From: Candidatus Kaiserbacteria bacterium
Lineage (GTDB): Bacteria > Patescibacteriota > Minisyncoccia > Phycocordibacterales > UBA2100
Assembly: GCA_017134395.1 (NCBI GenBank)
Contig: CP070993.1
Location: 462,199-526,198 of the forward strand
Length of the DNA: 64,000 bases
Reading direction: 5' to 3'
In this document: one piece after another, positions 49,109-59,193 of the stretch
Numbering within the stretch: the first letter of the stretch is position 1
Layout: each line of letters starts with the position of its first letter
Translations under genes and position numbers: made by a program
The notes under the pieces: generated by a model
The model's database searches: none
What the model saw: the letters and a program-made list of their open reading frames with translations, nothing else
What the model was told of the DNA's origin: nothing

Positions 49109-49582
49109 TTACGCAATCGATTCTCGATATGGGTCCTCTTGTACATCCGATCGTTCGGTGCTTTTTTGTCCAACCATATACGCAGTAGTATCTGAAGGCA
49201 CCGCTTTTTCTGTCTTTTTTGAAGAATATACCGTTTCTCTTTGTAGTGATTCGCTGTCCAAATGTGTTTGCATTTTTTCACGGATTGGCTTAAACACCTG
49301 TATCGCTATGTCGTCGACAAGTTTTTGAGCGAGGTCTTCCTCGATGCCAACTTCTTCTGCGATATTTTTTGCCATATTTTCAGGATCCTCTAAGCCTAAA
49401 AGAGTCAGCATAATTTCATTCTCTAAAAGAGTCCATTGGTCGAGGTGGAGTTTATAGTTCGACGCTAATTCACGAAGTTTTTTTTCTACACGTGTATCAG
49501 AAACGGCTTGTTGTACTGCTTCGGGCAGTTCCGAAAACCTTTTTTCAATAAGTGCTTCGATATTTTCTTCTTGTAAGTCCAT
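49109..49582 (-). CDS. Hypothetical soluble protein ending DPYRE
   Basis: 157-aa ORF inside the cluster. Confidence 0.75.
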   Translation of the reverse strand: MDLQEENIEALIEKRFSELPEAVQQAVSDTRVEKKLRELASNYKLHLDQWTLLENEIMLTLLGLEDPENMAKNIAEEVGIEEDLAQKLVDDIAIQVFKPIREKMQTHLDSESLQRETVYSSKKTEKAVPSDTTAYMVGQKSTERSDVQEDPYRESIA

Positions 49583-49587
49583 AGTAG

Positions 49588-51678
49588 TTATTTATCTTTT
49601 GTTTCGCTTTTATTGTCTTTTAATCCTGAAATGGAATCTTCTGTAGACTCTGTTTTCTTTAATATTTTTTCTAGCATCTTCTCTTCATCTGTCTTACCTG
49701 CTAATTTATTTGCTCTTGCATCAATTCTTTCTTGTGTCTTTTCTCTCATTCTTTTAAGTAATCCTTTTTTCTTTTCTTCAGCAGGCTTTGTTCCGTCTTC
49801 ACTTGCAAGACTTGGAATCCTTGGCTGATTTACTGTTGTTTGATCAGGACTTGTGTTTCCGACATTATTTACAGAAATATTGTTCAATGGATTTCTTCTC
49901 GCTTGTTCCTCATTAATTCTTTGGGCTGTTTTTCCAATATCTTGTCCTGCACCTTCTATCTCGTTTTGTTTTCCACGACTATCTGCAGTGTCTGTAGCTT
50001 TGGAAGGCGAATTATCATTTGTTACAGTGTTATCGTTTGACGGCGTGCTTTGGATGTTAGAAACAGGAGCAGTACCCTTTGCTTCTTCTGCATTGTCGTT
50101 TGTTGATTGTGGTGGTTGAACTGTTGTTTGGTCAGGACCCTGTGTTTGTGGCGGTGTCTGCTTAGACGTATCTTCAACGGTCGTCTTACCTGCTTTTTTA
50201 GCATCATTTTGATATTTTGCCTCGGCATCAATCATTTTGTCGTAATTTCCTACACCAGTACCAAGATTAACCCCTGCACTTTTAAGGCTATTGGCAAGAC
50301 TCTTTGAGTCACGAATGTCGAAAGAGGTGTCTGCAGCTTTTTTAGAAGCATTTAAGGCTAGTCTCGAAGGGATATTTCTAAGTGGGTTTCTGCTCCCAGC
50401 GTTTCTTCGTAGGAATTCATTTTCAGACAATGCAGTTCCTGCCCTACCAACAGTACCTCTTCCAGCACGGCCAGCGAGCCCAAATGCCCCACCAGCTAAA
50501 CCGAGAGGGAGAGCAAGAGAACCTGAAAGAAGTTTCCTAAATCCACCTTTGCTCATATTTCCTGCAAATTTAGCTCCGCCAATAGAAAGATTGTTTGCTA
50601 CTTGAGTTGATGCGTAAAGAAGTCCAATAACAACCATCATATTGAAAATGTATATCCATGAATTACTATTTTCTCCTACAAGCCCTGAAAAATTATTCCC
50701 ACTAGAGCCTGAGTTGATACCTCCTATAATTTGAACGGTTCCCCAGAGCATTATCATAAATACGGGCGCAAACAATGCATTTTGAATAAGATGTGACCAC
50801 CATTTGTCCCACCATTTATTTCCTCCAGGTATCATATACGCAGCAAACGCCGCAGAAGAAGTGAGCATAAGGACAAGAAACATCACTATACGAGTCACCA
50901 TCAAAATAAGCCCATATAGCATGACGATAGTGAGTGCTAAAAAGAAAATCATAGTAATGACCGTGTATAAAATCGCGTTACCAACCCCACTCTCCTCACC
51001 AGCTTGTACTTGATTTAATGCCTCTCGTGCAGACCCATATGTCCAGTCTACTACTCCTGTCTTTTGCATAAATATCGTTGTGATACCAGCAGTATTTCCA
51101 TCTGTGTCACTTACTGATATCGCTTTTCTAAATTGTATTGCAGTGATGTTTGAAACATCAATGATTGCTTTGGTGAAAAAGAGACTAAAGTTTATAAGTA
51201 CTGCAACAACAAGAATTCGCACACCGAATTTTTTTAATCCGTATGCGGGGATATCAAGAATGACAGCAAATGCAACAAATACAAACATCGCAATCATAAT
51301 GATATTTGCGACGTCACGAAAACCAGCCCAAGCAGCATTGACACCAGGCTCAAATATTTTAAACGTTTCAGAAAAATCGACGATTGTATAAAAGAGTACT
51401 AGATCGAACCCTGTCCCAACCATTGCGAGAAGCCCACCAGTTAGCGTTATAAATACCGCTAATATATAAGAAATAGTACCCTCAAAGAATGGTTCTATAT
51501 CTAAATCAAAGAAACCAGCATGAGAGATAAGTAGATTAATATCTAATTTTTCCACATTGAATTGTAATGGGAGTACAATCAGTATAAAAGCTGCTATTAA
51601 ACTGTATGTAATAGGCAGAGAAGAGTTGGTTACTTTTTTAAAAAAGGAAAACATACTTAGATTTTGTGTTGAGTCCAA
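49588..51678 (-). CDS. VirB6/TrbL-like polytopic membrane protein
   Basis: W..FRDVANI, LINFSLF..K.IID.SN, WW..L, many TMs, long disordered tail. Confidence 0.8.
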   Translation of the reverse strand: MDSTQNLSMFSFFKKVTNSSLPITYSLIAAFILIVLPLQFNVEKLDINLLISHAGFFDLDIEPFFEGTISYILAVFITLTGGLLAMVGTGFDLVLFYTIVDFSETFKIFEPGVNAAWAGFRDVANIIMIAMFVFVAFAVILDIPAYGLKKFGVRILVVAVLINFSLFFTKAIIDVSNITAIQFRKAISVSDTDGNTAGITTIFMQKTGVVDWTYGSAREALNQVQAGEESGVGNAILYTVITMIFFLALTIVMLYGLILMVTRIVMFLVLMLTSSAAFAAYMIPGGNKWWDKWWSHLIQNALFAPVFMIMLWGTVQIIGGINSGSSGNNFSGLVGENSNSWIYIFNMMVVIGLLYASTQVANNLSIGGAKFAGNMSKGGFRKLLSGSLALPLGLAGGAFGLAGRAGRGTVGRAGTALSENEFLRRNAGSRNPLRNIPSRLALNASKKAADTSFDIRDSKSLANSLKSAGVNLGTGVGNYDKMIDAEAKYQNDAKKAGKTTVEDTSKQTPPQTQGPDQTTVQPPQSTNDNAEEAKGTAPVSNIQSTPSNDNTVTNDNSPSKATDTADSRGKQNEIEGAGQDIGKTAQRINEEQARRNPLNNISVNNVGNTSPDQTTVNQPRIPSLASEDGTKPAEEKKKGLLKRMREKTQERIDARANKLAGKTDEEKMLEKILKKTESTEDSISGLKDNKSETKDK

Positions 51679-53711
51679 TTATCTGGTTTACACCATCCTT
51701 CTTCCCAATTAGTTCGAGTTTCTTCGAGGAGTTGCTGCATCGCTGTTTCGATTTCGTCAGCCTGTGTAGTTGCTTGCCGTAGTTGGGCTTCAGTATGTAG
51801 TACTCGAGATGCAATGAGCTCATCAAGTTTTTCTAGGATGAAACGTTGTCCACTGGCTGACGATGTTTTTTCAAGATCGTTACGTATTTTTGCAAGTACT
51901 TCGAGCGCTTTGAGTGAACGTGCAACATTTTCGTTAATGAGGTCAAGAACTGGTTGTATACTTTGATCGATTATTCGTCGGGATTCTTGCGCACTTACGT
52001 TAAGAGTTGCAGATTTTGTTGTACTCCGTGCAGTTGCGGTAATAGTTACTGCTGGTTTTTCAATCGGCACAGTGAGAACAACCCCTGTAGGCGTTGTTGT
52101 TTTCTTCACGAGTGAGAGTATGGGTGCAAACGTACCACTGCCACTTGCGAGAGTTTCTATTGTGGTCACAGTTATAGTTCCGTCTGGCAATGTCGCAAGA
52201 TCAATGGCATTCGTTGCCCAGTTACCATCGGTAGTGACCGTTGGTTGCACTGGACCTACATTGTTTGTTCCGTCTGTTGCAGTGACCTGAATAATAGAAC
52301 TTCCAGTGGAGGCACGTCCTTTCACGATGATTGTTGAGGCAGATGGCGTTGATATATCAACCGCATCTACTGCTAGAGTTTGGGTTGTTTGAACAGGGGT
52401 TGTACACGTATTAGTAGTATTTAATCCACATACTTGACCTGTAACCTCTTCTTTCAAATCTATTGTGGCTTGCTTTGTTATTTCAATCCAACACGTGTTT
52501 TCCCACGACTCAAGTTGTCGGCGGGTGTTAGAAAGTGTATTGGCAGCAGCTTGGCGTGCTTGAGCGTATTCTTGTTCTATACGAATGGTGTTATTTACGA
52601 TAGATGCACCAGCACCAGTCATGTTACTGCGTGTACGAGCAGCGGAGTCTTGTGCAAGACGATCAACATAGGGAGCTTCACCCGAAAATGATTTTGAAAG
52701 TCCAGAAAAACCTTCAACATCGGATAGAAGTTCAACTCCGATATGTGACATAAGGGCTGAAACGATTTCGTCTATCTCATCAGCGTTTTCAGATTGACGT
52801 AGTCCCGTACCGATAGTCTGGCGTAAATGATCGGCAATCATAAAACCTGGGGTCACTACACGTTTTAAGTTAGTAGTATCACCACCTCCTAAGTCTATGG
52901 TTTTGTCTGTTTCAACTGTACGGAAACCACTTCCCCAATCGAGCTGCGTTTGTTCGCGAGTTTGTTCATCGGCGATTGACTCAGTGAGCTGGTTTTCTGC
53001 GCTGTAGTATGCAAAAAGAGGATTGCAGGAAGGGTTTGTTGTGAGTTTATAGAAGGATTCCCAGCCACCGCCGCTATTGAAATCTCCAGACGAGAACGAA
53101 TTTAACTGACTCGTTGTTAAATCGCATGCCAACGAATTTTGAGGAGAGCGTGTTTCTCGCGAATAGTTTCTCGCAAGAGCAACCCTCACATCCCTTCTAA
53201 ACGGTTCTGCAAGTGTTTCAGTTTGGGCTCCTGTGATAACTCGTTCTGCAACTGGGTCAGAAATATTCTCGAGCATATGCAATGGAAGGTTTGTTATGTA
53301 TGCAGGATTTCCATCGAAGCCCGTGTTCGCCCAACTGACCACTCGGCGAATGATATCTGAGATAAGCGTTTCTCGCATCGAATTTAATATTCCATCAAGT
53401 AAACATTCTTTGTATGTAAGAAGACGTTCTTGGTCGTGTACTGCACCATCGAACACCGGAACATGAGAACCACCGGGTCCTTGCATACCAACGGCACCAT
53501 ACGCTGCCCCAGTACAGCCATAGATACCATCGCGCGAGAACCCAGTCGCGACAGATGTGGCAGCACTTGTACTTGTTGCATTGTTAAGTTGGTCGAGAAC
53601 ATTGTTAAGTAAATCAATACTTGAAGATGTTTGGGCATGCGAAACAGAAACGCCAAGGGTGCTCACAAATAAAACAGAAAGTATGAAGTATTTTGCTACT
53701 TTGTATTTCAT
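51657..53711 (-). CDS. Secreted T4SS-cluster protein with inserted Ig-like domain
   Basis: Signal peptide, WANTGFDGNPAY, GGWE, WGSGF, VTPG; Thr-rich beta domain around aa 455-575. Confidence 0.7.
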   Translation of the reverse strand: MKYKVAKYFILSVLFVSTLGVSVSHAQTSSSIDLLNNVLDQLNNATSTSAATSVATGFSRDGIYGCTGAAYGAVGMQGPGGSHVPVFDGAVHDQERLLTYKECLLDGILNSMRETLISDIIRRVVSWANTGFDGNPAYITNLPLHMLENISDPVAERVITGAQTETLAEPFRRDVRVALARNYSRETRSPQNSLACDLTTSQLNSFSSGDFNSGGGWESFYKLTTNPSCNPLFAYYSAENQLTESIADEQTREQTQLDWGSGFRTVETDKTIDLGGGDTTNLKRVVTPGFMIADHLRQTIGTGLRQSENADEIDEIVSALMSHIGVELLSDVEGFSGLSKSFSGEAPYVDRLAQDSAARTRSNMTGAGASIVNNTIRIEQEYAQARQAAANTLSNTRRQLESWENTCWIEITKQATIDLKEEVTGQVCGLNTTNTCTTPVQTTQTLAVDAVDISTPSASTIIVKGRASTGSSIIQVTATDGTNNVGPVQPTVTTDGNWATNAIDLATLPDGTITVTTIETLASGSGTFAPILSLVKKTTTPTGVVLTVPIEKPAVTITATARSTTKSATLNVSAQESRRIIDQSIQPVLDLINENVARSLKALEVLAKIRNDLEKTSSASGQRFILEKLDELIASRVLHTEAQLRQATTQADEIETAMQQLLEETRTNWEEGWCKPDNWTQHKI

Positions 53712-54613
53712 AAGGCTTCTTCTTTCAACGTAAAGTAAATATCAATTTGGCTATATGCGAGTTTAATGGCATCCTCACCTTCTAGAAAATCTCGCGTTGC
53801 TACAAAGGTGAGTAGTGGATCTTCTGGTGTTGTTGTCATTGTGTTTAAGATGGACGCAAAGGTGGCAAAGCTGTTTATTAAATCAAGGTGTGCTTGCGCA
53901 GCGTCTTCAGGGGCTGTAATAGTAAGTAATACTTGGGCAATCTCATCGTAAATAGTGGCCGCAGCGGTAAGTTTGTTAAACTCTTCTGCATTACCTGACT
54001 CAATAGCGCGCCCGTATGTGATAAGTTCGTATTCTCCAATTTGAGTAACCGGAGTTATGGCTTCTTGAAAATCACTTTTGTATTGCAATGTTCTGCTTTG
54101 TGAAGTGTCGGACGTGATGCCAATATCTTCGAGCGTATATTGGGCTGTGTGGCGTATAGAAAATTGTGAGTTAGCAGCTTGCGCAACGATGAAGTCAAAT
54201 GAATCACTATCGAACGACCCCTGCTGTTTCGACTGAATGTACGCTCCAAAAATTTCTCGAGCAAGTTGATCTGTTCTGGTTGTACTTGCATTACTGTGTG
54301 TGTTTTTTGCGTTTTCCTCAAACGTTTTTCGTGCTGCCGCAAGCTCATCACCATCGGAAATTCCGTCGTTGTTGGTGTCAGGATTGTTAGGATCGGTACC
54401 TAAAAGAATTTCTTCCCAATCCTTCACTCCGTCGTTATCACTGTCCGCTGTGTACTCTGTAGACTCTAGAATATTTTCTGTCGCTGTTTGCAAAGCCCCA
54501 TTATCAGACTGTGGTTTTTGAGAGAACAATTTCCATCCTGCGAAACCTACTAGCACAACGCCGAATAGCGTTGCAGCAATAATCTTGCCGCTTATGTGCG
54601 AATTAGTAAACAC
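53708..54613 (-). CDS. Membrane-anchored protein with Asp-rich Ca-binding repeat
   Basis: DSDNDGVKDWEE..GTDPNNPDTNNDG.SDGDE; GTG start inferred from a TATACT 6 nt upstream. Confidence 0.75.
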   Translation of the reverse strand: MFTNSHISGKIIAATLFGVVLVGFAGWKLFSQKPQSDNGALQTATENILESTEYTADSDNDGVKDWEEILLGTDPNNPDTNNDGISDGDELAAARKTFEENAKNTHSNASTTRTDQLAREIFGAYIQSKQQGSFDSDSFDFIVAQAANSQFSIRHTAQYTLEDIGITSDTSQSRTLQYKSDFQEAITPVTQIGEYELITYGRAIESGNAEEFNKLTAAATIYDEIAQVLLTITAPEDAAQAHLDLINSFATFASILNTMTTTPEDPLLTFVATRDFLEGEDAIKLAYSQIDIYFTLKEEAL

Positions 54614-54683
54614 ACTAATAGTATAGCAAGGTAGGGCGTATCGAGTGCTCAAAAAACCCTACAAATTGGGGACACGTTAGGAT

Positions 54684-55601
54684 TTATAGGGTAAACGTAA
54701 AAATACGTCCAGGTTCATGATTTTTAAATACAACTCCGTATGATTTGAATAGAGTTACGAGTGTTATGTGCCCTTTGGCGACTTTTTCTGACGCGATATT
54801 ATAGATTAATATTCTTTCCATAAGGCTCTCATCGTCAGTTGCGAGAGTGAGGTCCCATAATAGCTCCCCTACCAATGTATATGAGGTAACTAGGTTCGTT
54901 TGCGCGTTCTGTAGTTGTTCTGGAACCTCTAGATCTGCAATGTTAGCTGCAAGCTGTAAGTATCCATCGGTGAGTCGTTTGAGCTGCTCAGTATTTTCCC
55001 GATCTTCAATAAAAATATTCAAAAGTTTTGTCTGATCTCCTTGGGAGAGGTTAAACGCATTAAGTAATGTCGCAAGTTCGTTACCGTATACTCGGAATTC
55101 CTCCTGTATCTTTGAGGGAGCGTCTTCTGAAACGATAGGGACTGTTTTGGAATAGTTACCGCTCCAAATAGGCTCATCAGAAAATGTATCTGTGTCGCTT
55201 TGTTGAGCTAGCGTATCGAGCAATGAAGACCCAATAAGCGTATTAAAAAGCGATGAGACTTCTTCGCTTTCAGTTGGTGTTGTACTTGAAGCATCAAGCG
55301 TTTCGAGGGTCGTACGGAAGTCCTGTGAACCTGGGCGTTCTTCCCATGTTTGAATAATTTTTTGTATTGCCACCTTTTGTTCCTCCAGAGATTCTGGATC
55401 GATGGTTACTGGTTCTATCTGTGGTTTCTGCTGCAAACTTGTAAATAACGTATCAGTACTTGAGAAAGAAAAGTACGTAGGAGTGGTAGGAGTAATATTT
55501 TTTTCGCTCGTGAGTGGTAAAAACCATATCGAAGTACCCAAAACACCTGCGACTATAAAAACAAGAACAGAAAGGATTATAATGAGGCGCGCGCGATCCA
55601 T
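54684..55601 (-). CDS. Membrane-anchored hypothetical protein
   Basis: N-terminal TM, helical C-terminus resembling the neighbouring gene. Confidence 0.7.
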   Translation of the reverse strand: MDRARLIIILSVLVFIVAGVLGTSIWFLPLTSEKNITPTTPTYFSFSSTDTLFTSLQQKPQIEPVTIDPESLEEQKVAIQKIIQTWEERPGSQDFRTTLETLDASSTTPTESEEVSSLFNTLIGSSLLDTLAQQSDTDTFSDEPIWSGNYSKTVPIVSEDAPSKIQEEFRVYGNELATLLNAFNLSQGDQTKLLNIFIEDRENTEQLKRLTDGYLQLAANIADLEVPEQLQNAQTNLVTSYTLVGELLWDLTLATDDESLMERILIYNIASEKVAKGHITLVTLFKSYGVVFKNHEPGRIFTFTL

Positions 55602-55650
55602 GCGCACAGTATACCCTATTGGAATAATGTAATGATGCTACTATGTGCGC

Positions 55651-56013
55651 ATGAGCAGAACACGTAACTATTTTCCTAAAAAAAGTGTCGTTTTGGTAGT
55701 TGGCATCGCACTATTCGTGGCGACATCACTTTCTTTTCTTGCAACGCCACAACGCACGCAGGCGTTTGAGTGGGGTGGGCAATTCCAAACAGTAATCCCC
55801 TGTTTCAATGCCGTTATTTGGACGTTAACGAGTGGTCCGCGTGGAGGGACATTTATTTGGACGCCGAGCACGCGCACATACGACAATGGTCCACCGTCTA
55901 GTTCTGGGCAATACGGTCTCGGCCTTGCTGGTCCACCGTATTTTTGTATAGTCTTCCCGTTTCCCCTCGTGGTATTTCCCGGGGTTATTATGACAATGGT
56001 AGGTACGAGCTGA
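55651..56013 (+). CDS. Small secreted protein with two Cys, ending GTS
   Basis: Signal peptide TQA|F; TACTAT 6 nt upstream of ATG. Confidence 0.7.
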   Translation: MSRTRNYFPKKSVVLVVGIALFVATSLSFLATPQRTQAFEWGGQFQTVIPCFNAVIWTLTSGPRGGTFIWTPSTRTYDNGPPSSSGQYGLGLAGPPYFCIVFPFPLVVFPGVIMTMVGTS

Positions 56014-56015
56014 GT

Positions 56016-56789
56016 CTACAAGATAGACGCAAGTTCTTTCCATTTTTCTAATGGCACCTCTTCCGCACGAATATTTTCGCTTAAGCCAAGGCTTTCAAGC
56101 GTATCGATAATTGTATCTTTTGTGCCAAACTGAGCGAGGTTGTTCACCAACTTTTTACGCTTACTACTAAAACCACTTTTTACTATTTTGAAAAAGTGGT
56201 TCTCTGAAATTCCAGTGAAGAATTTTTTTGAAATGTTTTCTATATGTAAGACAGCAGAATCTACTTTCGGTGCAGGGCTAAAATAGCGCGCCGCAACAGT
56301 AGTCACATATCGTGGTTGTCCGAACACTTTAACTGATATGCTTAGTATGCTCTCCCTTGTATCGCGAGCAATGCGATGTGCCACTTCTTTTTGAACCAAT
56401 AACGTCATACACAGCGGCGGTTTATCTGCAGTGAGAAAACGACGAATAATCTCGCCGGTTATGTAGTATGGAATATTAGCAACGAGTTTGTAATCACCAG
56501 TAATTAAGTCGTCTAGTGATAATGTAAGTACGTCTTCGTGAACAATTTTAAGCTGTTTATTTTGTACATGTTCTCCGAATTTTTCTTCAAGAATCTCAAT
56601 CATATCAGCATCTGTCTCAACTGCGATAACAGTAGCACCAGTTTCAAGCAACGCTTGTGTCAAAACTCCTTTCCCGGGTCCTATTTCTAGGACGGTATCG
56701 TCTTTTGTTATTTGTGCGGCAGACAACATGTCTTTCAACACTGATTTTGAAGTTAAGAAATGTTGACCAAGATGTTTCTTTGCTTTCAT
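56016..56789 (-). CDS. rsmA: 16S rRNA dimethyltransferase
   Basis: KKHLGQHFL, EIGPGKG, ANIPY, PAPKVDS. Confidence 0.97.
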   Translation of the reverse strand: MKAKKHLGQHFLTSKSVLKDMLSAAQITKDDTVLEIGPGKGVLTQALLETGATVIAVETDADMIEILEEKFGEHVQNKQLKIVHEDVLTLSLDDLITGDYKLVANIPYYITGEIIRRFLTADKPPLCMTLLVQKEVAHRIARDTRESILSISVKVFGQPRYVTTVAARYFSPAPKVDSAVLHIENISKKFFTGISENHFFKIVKSGFSSKRKKLVNNLAQFGTKDTIIDTLESLGLSENIRAEEVPLEKWKELASIL

Positions 56790-57007
56790 ACTTTTTTGAA
56801 TCTTAAGACTTCTTCACCATTATGCATGACCGTTTCAGTAAAGAGTGTTAGTGGTCGTGCCCAGAGTGCGTCTTTACCGAATTCTTTGCTTTCGTACAGC
56901 GCGCGATAGAACACAAGTTCTTCAAGCGTTTCGCTGTGACGACCTACGCCAATAACTTCATACTCCCCTCCTTTAAAATGTCGATACTTTCCTAGCTCGA
57001 TTTCCAT
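56786..57007 (-). CDS. DUF1653 protein
   Basis: GKYRHFKG..Y, HSET, YRALY, WARP. Confidence 0.92.
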   Translation of the reverse strand: MEIELGKYRHFKGGEYEVIGVGRHSETLEELVFYRALYESKEFGKDALWARPLTLFTETVMHNGEEVLRFKKV

Positions 57008-57008
57008 G

Positions 57009-58955
57009 TTAGAAGTCTATCAAATCTATTTTTCTTTCGTGTGGTGGCGTGTGACCTTCGTCGGAACTTTCGATATATTCTTCGCCTATATCATCAATGA
57101 ATTGTGATGCTGTTTGCATAGACTGAGATCCAAAGATGGTACGAATAATTGCATGAGTAAGAAAAATCTTCTTTCGTGCGCGAGTGAGGGCAACATAAAA
57201 CAGTCGCCGCTCCTCTTCTTCGTCAGTATTTTGATCAAGTTTCTCGTGTGGGAAGAGGCCCTCCTCAAGTCCCACTAAAAATACATAATCAAACTCAAGA
57301 CCTTTAGATGCATGTACTGTCATAAGTTTTACTGCGTTGTGGTTTTTTACAAGGGAATCTTGGTCTGTGGCAAGTGACGCATCTTCAAGTAGTTTTTCGA
57401 TACCTTCTTCAGGAGAGAGCTCGTCATATTTTGATGCCAACGTCGCAAGTTCTTTTATGTTCTCTAAGCGTTCGCGATCTTCTTCTGTTCCACCACGTAA
57501 TTTCATCTCTAGCCCGCTTTTTTGTACGGTAAACCGAATGGTTTCTGAAGGTTTTTCTGATACAGCACTGTCTCGTATAGCTTTAAGAGCAGCTCTAAAT
57601 TCAGCCACCTTTTTTTGTAGCGCTGGAGAAAGTTCGTGTTCTGTGCCTTCAAACATTTTTGAAAGAGTCATTTTACCGATTCCGCGTGGAGGTGTACTTA
57701 CAATGCGTGCAATATCTCCTTGGGAATCTGGGTTAAGAGCTGCTCGGATATAACTTAATACGTCTTTCACTTCTTTTCGGTCAAAAAATCGTGTCCCGAG
57801 CACTTGGTACGGAACTCCTGCAAACATAAACGCTTGTTCAAGTGCACGTGATTGAAAGTTTGCTCGGTACAGCACTGCAATTTCTCGCGGTTCCACTCCA
57901 GAGTCGATAAGTTCTTGAGATTTTTGCATGACGAATCGTGCTTCGTCATCTTCACTATATGCACTATATAAACTAAGCAGCTCCCCTGCTTCGTTTTTTG
58001 TATACAGCGTTTTTTCTTTCCGTTTTACATTCTTTTCGATGATGATATTTGCGGCAGCAAGAATATTTTGGGTTGATCGGTAGTTCTCCTCAAGAAGTAC
58101 GAGCTTTGTTCCAGGGAATTCTTCCTCGAACGTTAAAAGGTTTGCTAAGTTCGCGCCTCTCCATGAATAAATATTTTGATCGATATCACCGACAACACAA
58201 ATGTTTGCTTTTTCGTCTACGAGCAGTTGTGTAATAGCAAATTGAACACGGTTTGTATCTTGATATTCGTCAACATGCACATGGGACCAACGTTTTTGGT
58301 AGCGTTCTCGAATTTCTGCGTTATCTCTGAGTAATATGTAGGTACGCAAAAGCAAATCATCGAAATCAAGAGCCCCTTCTTTTTTGAGACGCGCTTCGTA
58401 TTCTTTCCAGATTCTGCCGAGCGTATGGCGCTTTACGTCACCGACGTCTGGCTGGTATGTATCGGTGCTTAACCCATCGGATTTGTGTCGAGAAATAACA
58501 CTTAACATGACACGGGGTTCAAATTGTTTTGGGTCAAGACCGAGCTGCTTTAGTGCATTTTTTACCGCGCGTATGCTGTCTGCTCTATCGAATATTGTGA
58601 AGTGCCTCTTTAAACCGAGTTCTTTAGCATTCTCTCTCAAGATAGAAACTCCTAAAGAGTGAAATGTTGAAACGTAGGGGCTTGCAAGACCTGTCGCTCG
58701 TGCCGAAACAGGACGGTTTATATCAACGTCAGCATCTATCATGGCGAGTACTCGTTCGCGCATTTCTTTGGCCGCCTTGTTGGTAAACGTTACAGCCAAT
58801 ATTTTCTCCGGAGGCGTCCCTTTTTTGATTAACTCTAAGATTCTTTGTGTAATGACTCTCGTTTTTCCAGCTCCAGCTCCAGCGAGAATCATGAGAGGGC
58901 CGCTGTCGTGTGCAACCGCCTCTTTTTGTTGTGGATTTAGCTCAAATTCTGCCAT
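57009..58955 (-). CDS. pcrA: UvrD/PcrA helicase
   Basis: AGAGAGKT, TFTNKAA, DEYQD, NYRS, HASKGLEF, YVALTRA. Confidence 0.96.
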   Translation of the reverse strand: MAEFELNPQQKEAVAHDSGPLMILAGAGAGKTRVITQRILELIKKGTPPEKILAVTFTNKAAKEMRERVLAMIDADVDINRPVSARATGLASPYVSTFHSLGVSILRENAKELGLKRHFTIFDRADSIRAVKNALKQLGLDPKQFEPRVMLSVISRHKSDGLSTDTYQPDVGDVKRHTLGRIWKEYEARLKKEGALDFDDLLLRTYILLRDNAEIRERYQKRWSHVHVDEYQDTNRVQFAITQLLVDEKANICVVGDIDQNIYSWRGANLANLLTFEEEFPGTKLVLLEENYRSTQNILAAANIIIEKNVKRKEKTLYTKNEAGELLSLYSAYSEDDEARFVMQKSQELIDSGVEPREIAVLYRANFQSRALEQAFMFAGVPYQVLGTRFFDRKEVKDVLSYIRAALNPDSQGDIARIVSTPPRGIGKMTLSKMFEGTEHELSPALQKKVAEFRAALKAIRDSAVSEKPSETIRFTVQKSGLEMKLRGGTEEDRERLENIKELATLASKYDELSPEEGIEKLLEDASLATDQDSLVKNHNAVKLMTVHASKGLEFDYVFLVGLEEGLFPHEKLDQNTDEEEERRLFYVALTRARKKIFLTHAIIRTIFGSQSMQTASQFIDDIGEEYIESSDEGHTPPHERKIDLIDF

Positions 58956-59193
58956 AAATGGGCACTATACCATGCCACACTCTGGCTACGAAGAGTCCTT
59001 GACTCTGAGTCTATCCACAGTAGTATAAATGAGCTATTGCGGACTTATTCGTAGTGGTTACAGTGTATATAGGGGGTTTGCGACTGATGCGGAACCCTAT
59101 TCCGTACAAAACGGTACGGGCACGTTAATTAGGCTTATTTTATCTACAGATCAGGATTCTGATCCTAGTTTGCGTAGTTACGTAAAGGTTCAG

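Noticed and set aside
42308-55607. Integrative conjugative element
   Set aside because: No relaxase, integrase or flanking att repeats seen; the cluster sits among core genes.
55651-57007. TGA-recoded genetic code as in Gracilibacteria
   Set aside because: TGA ends intact genes (56011-56013 and the DUF1653 gene) and core genes are full length under code 11.
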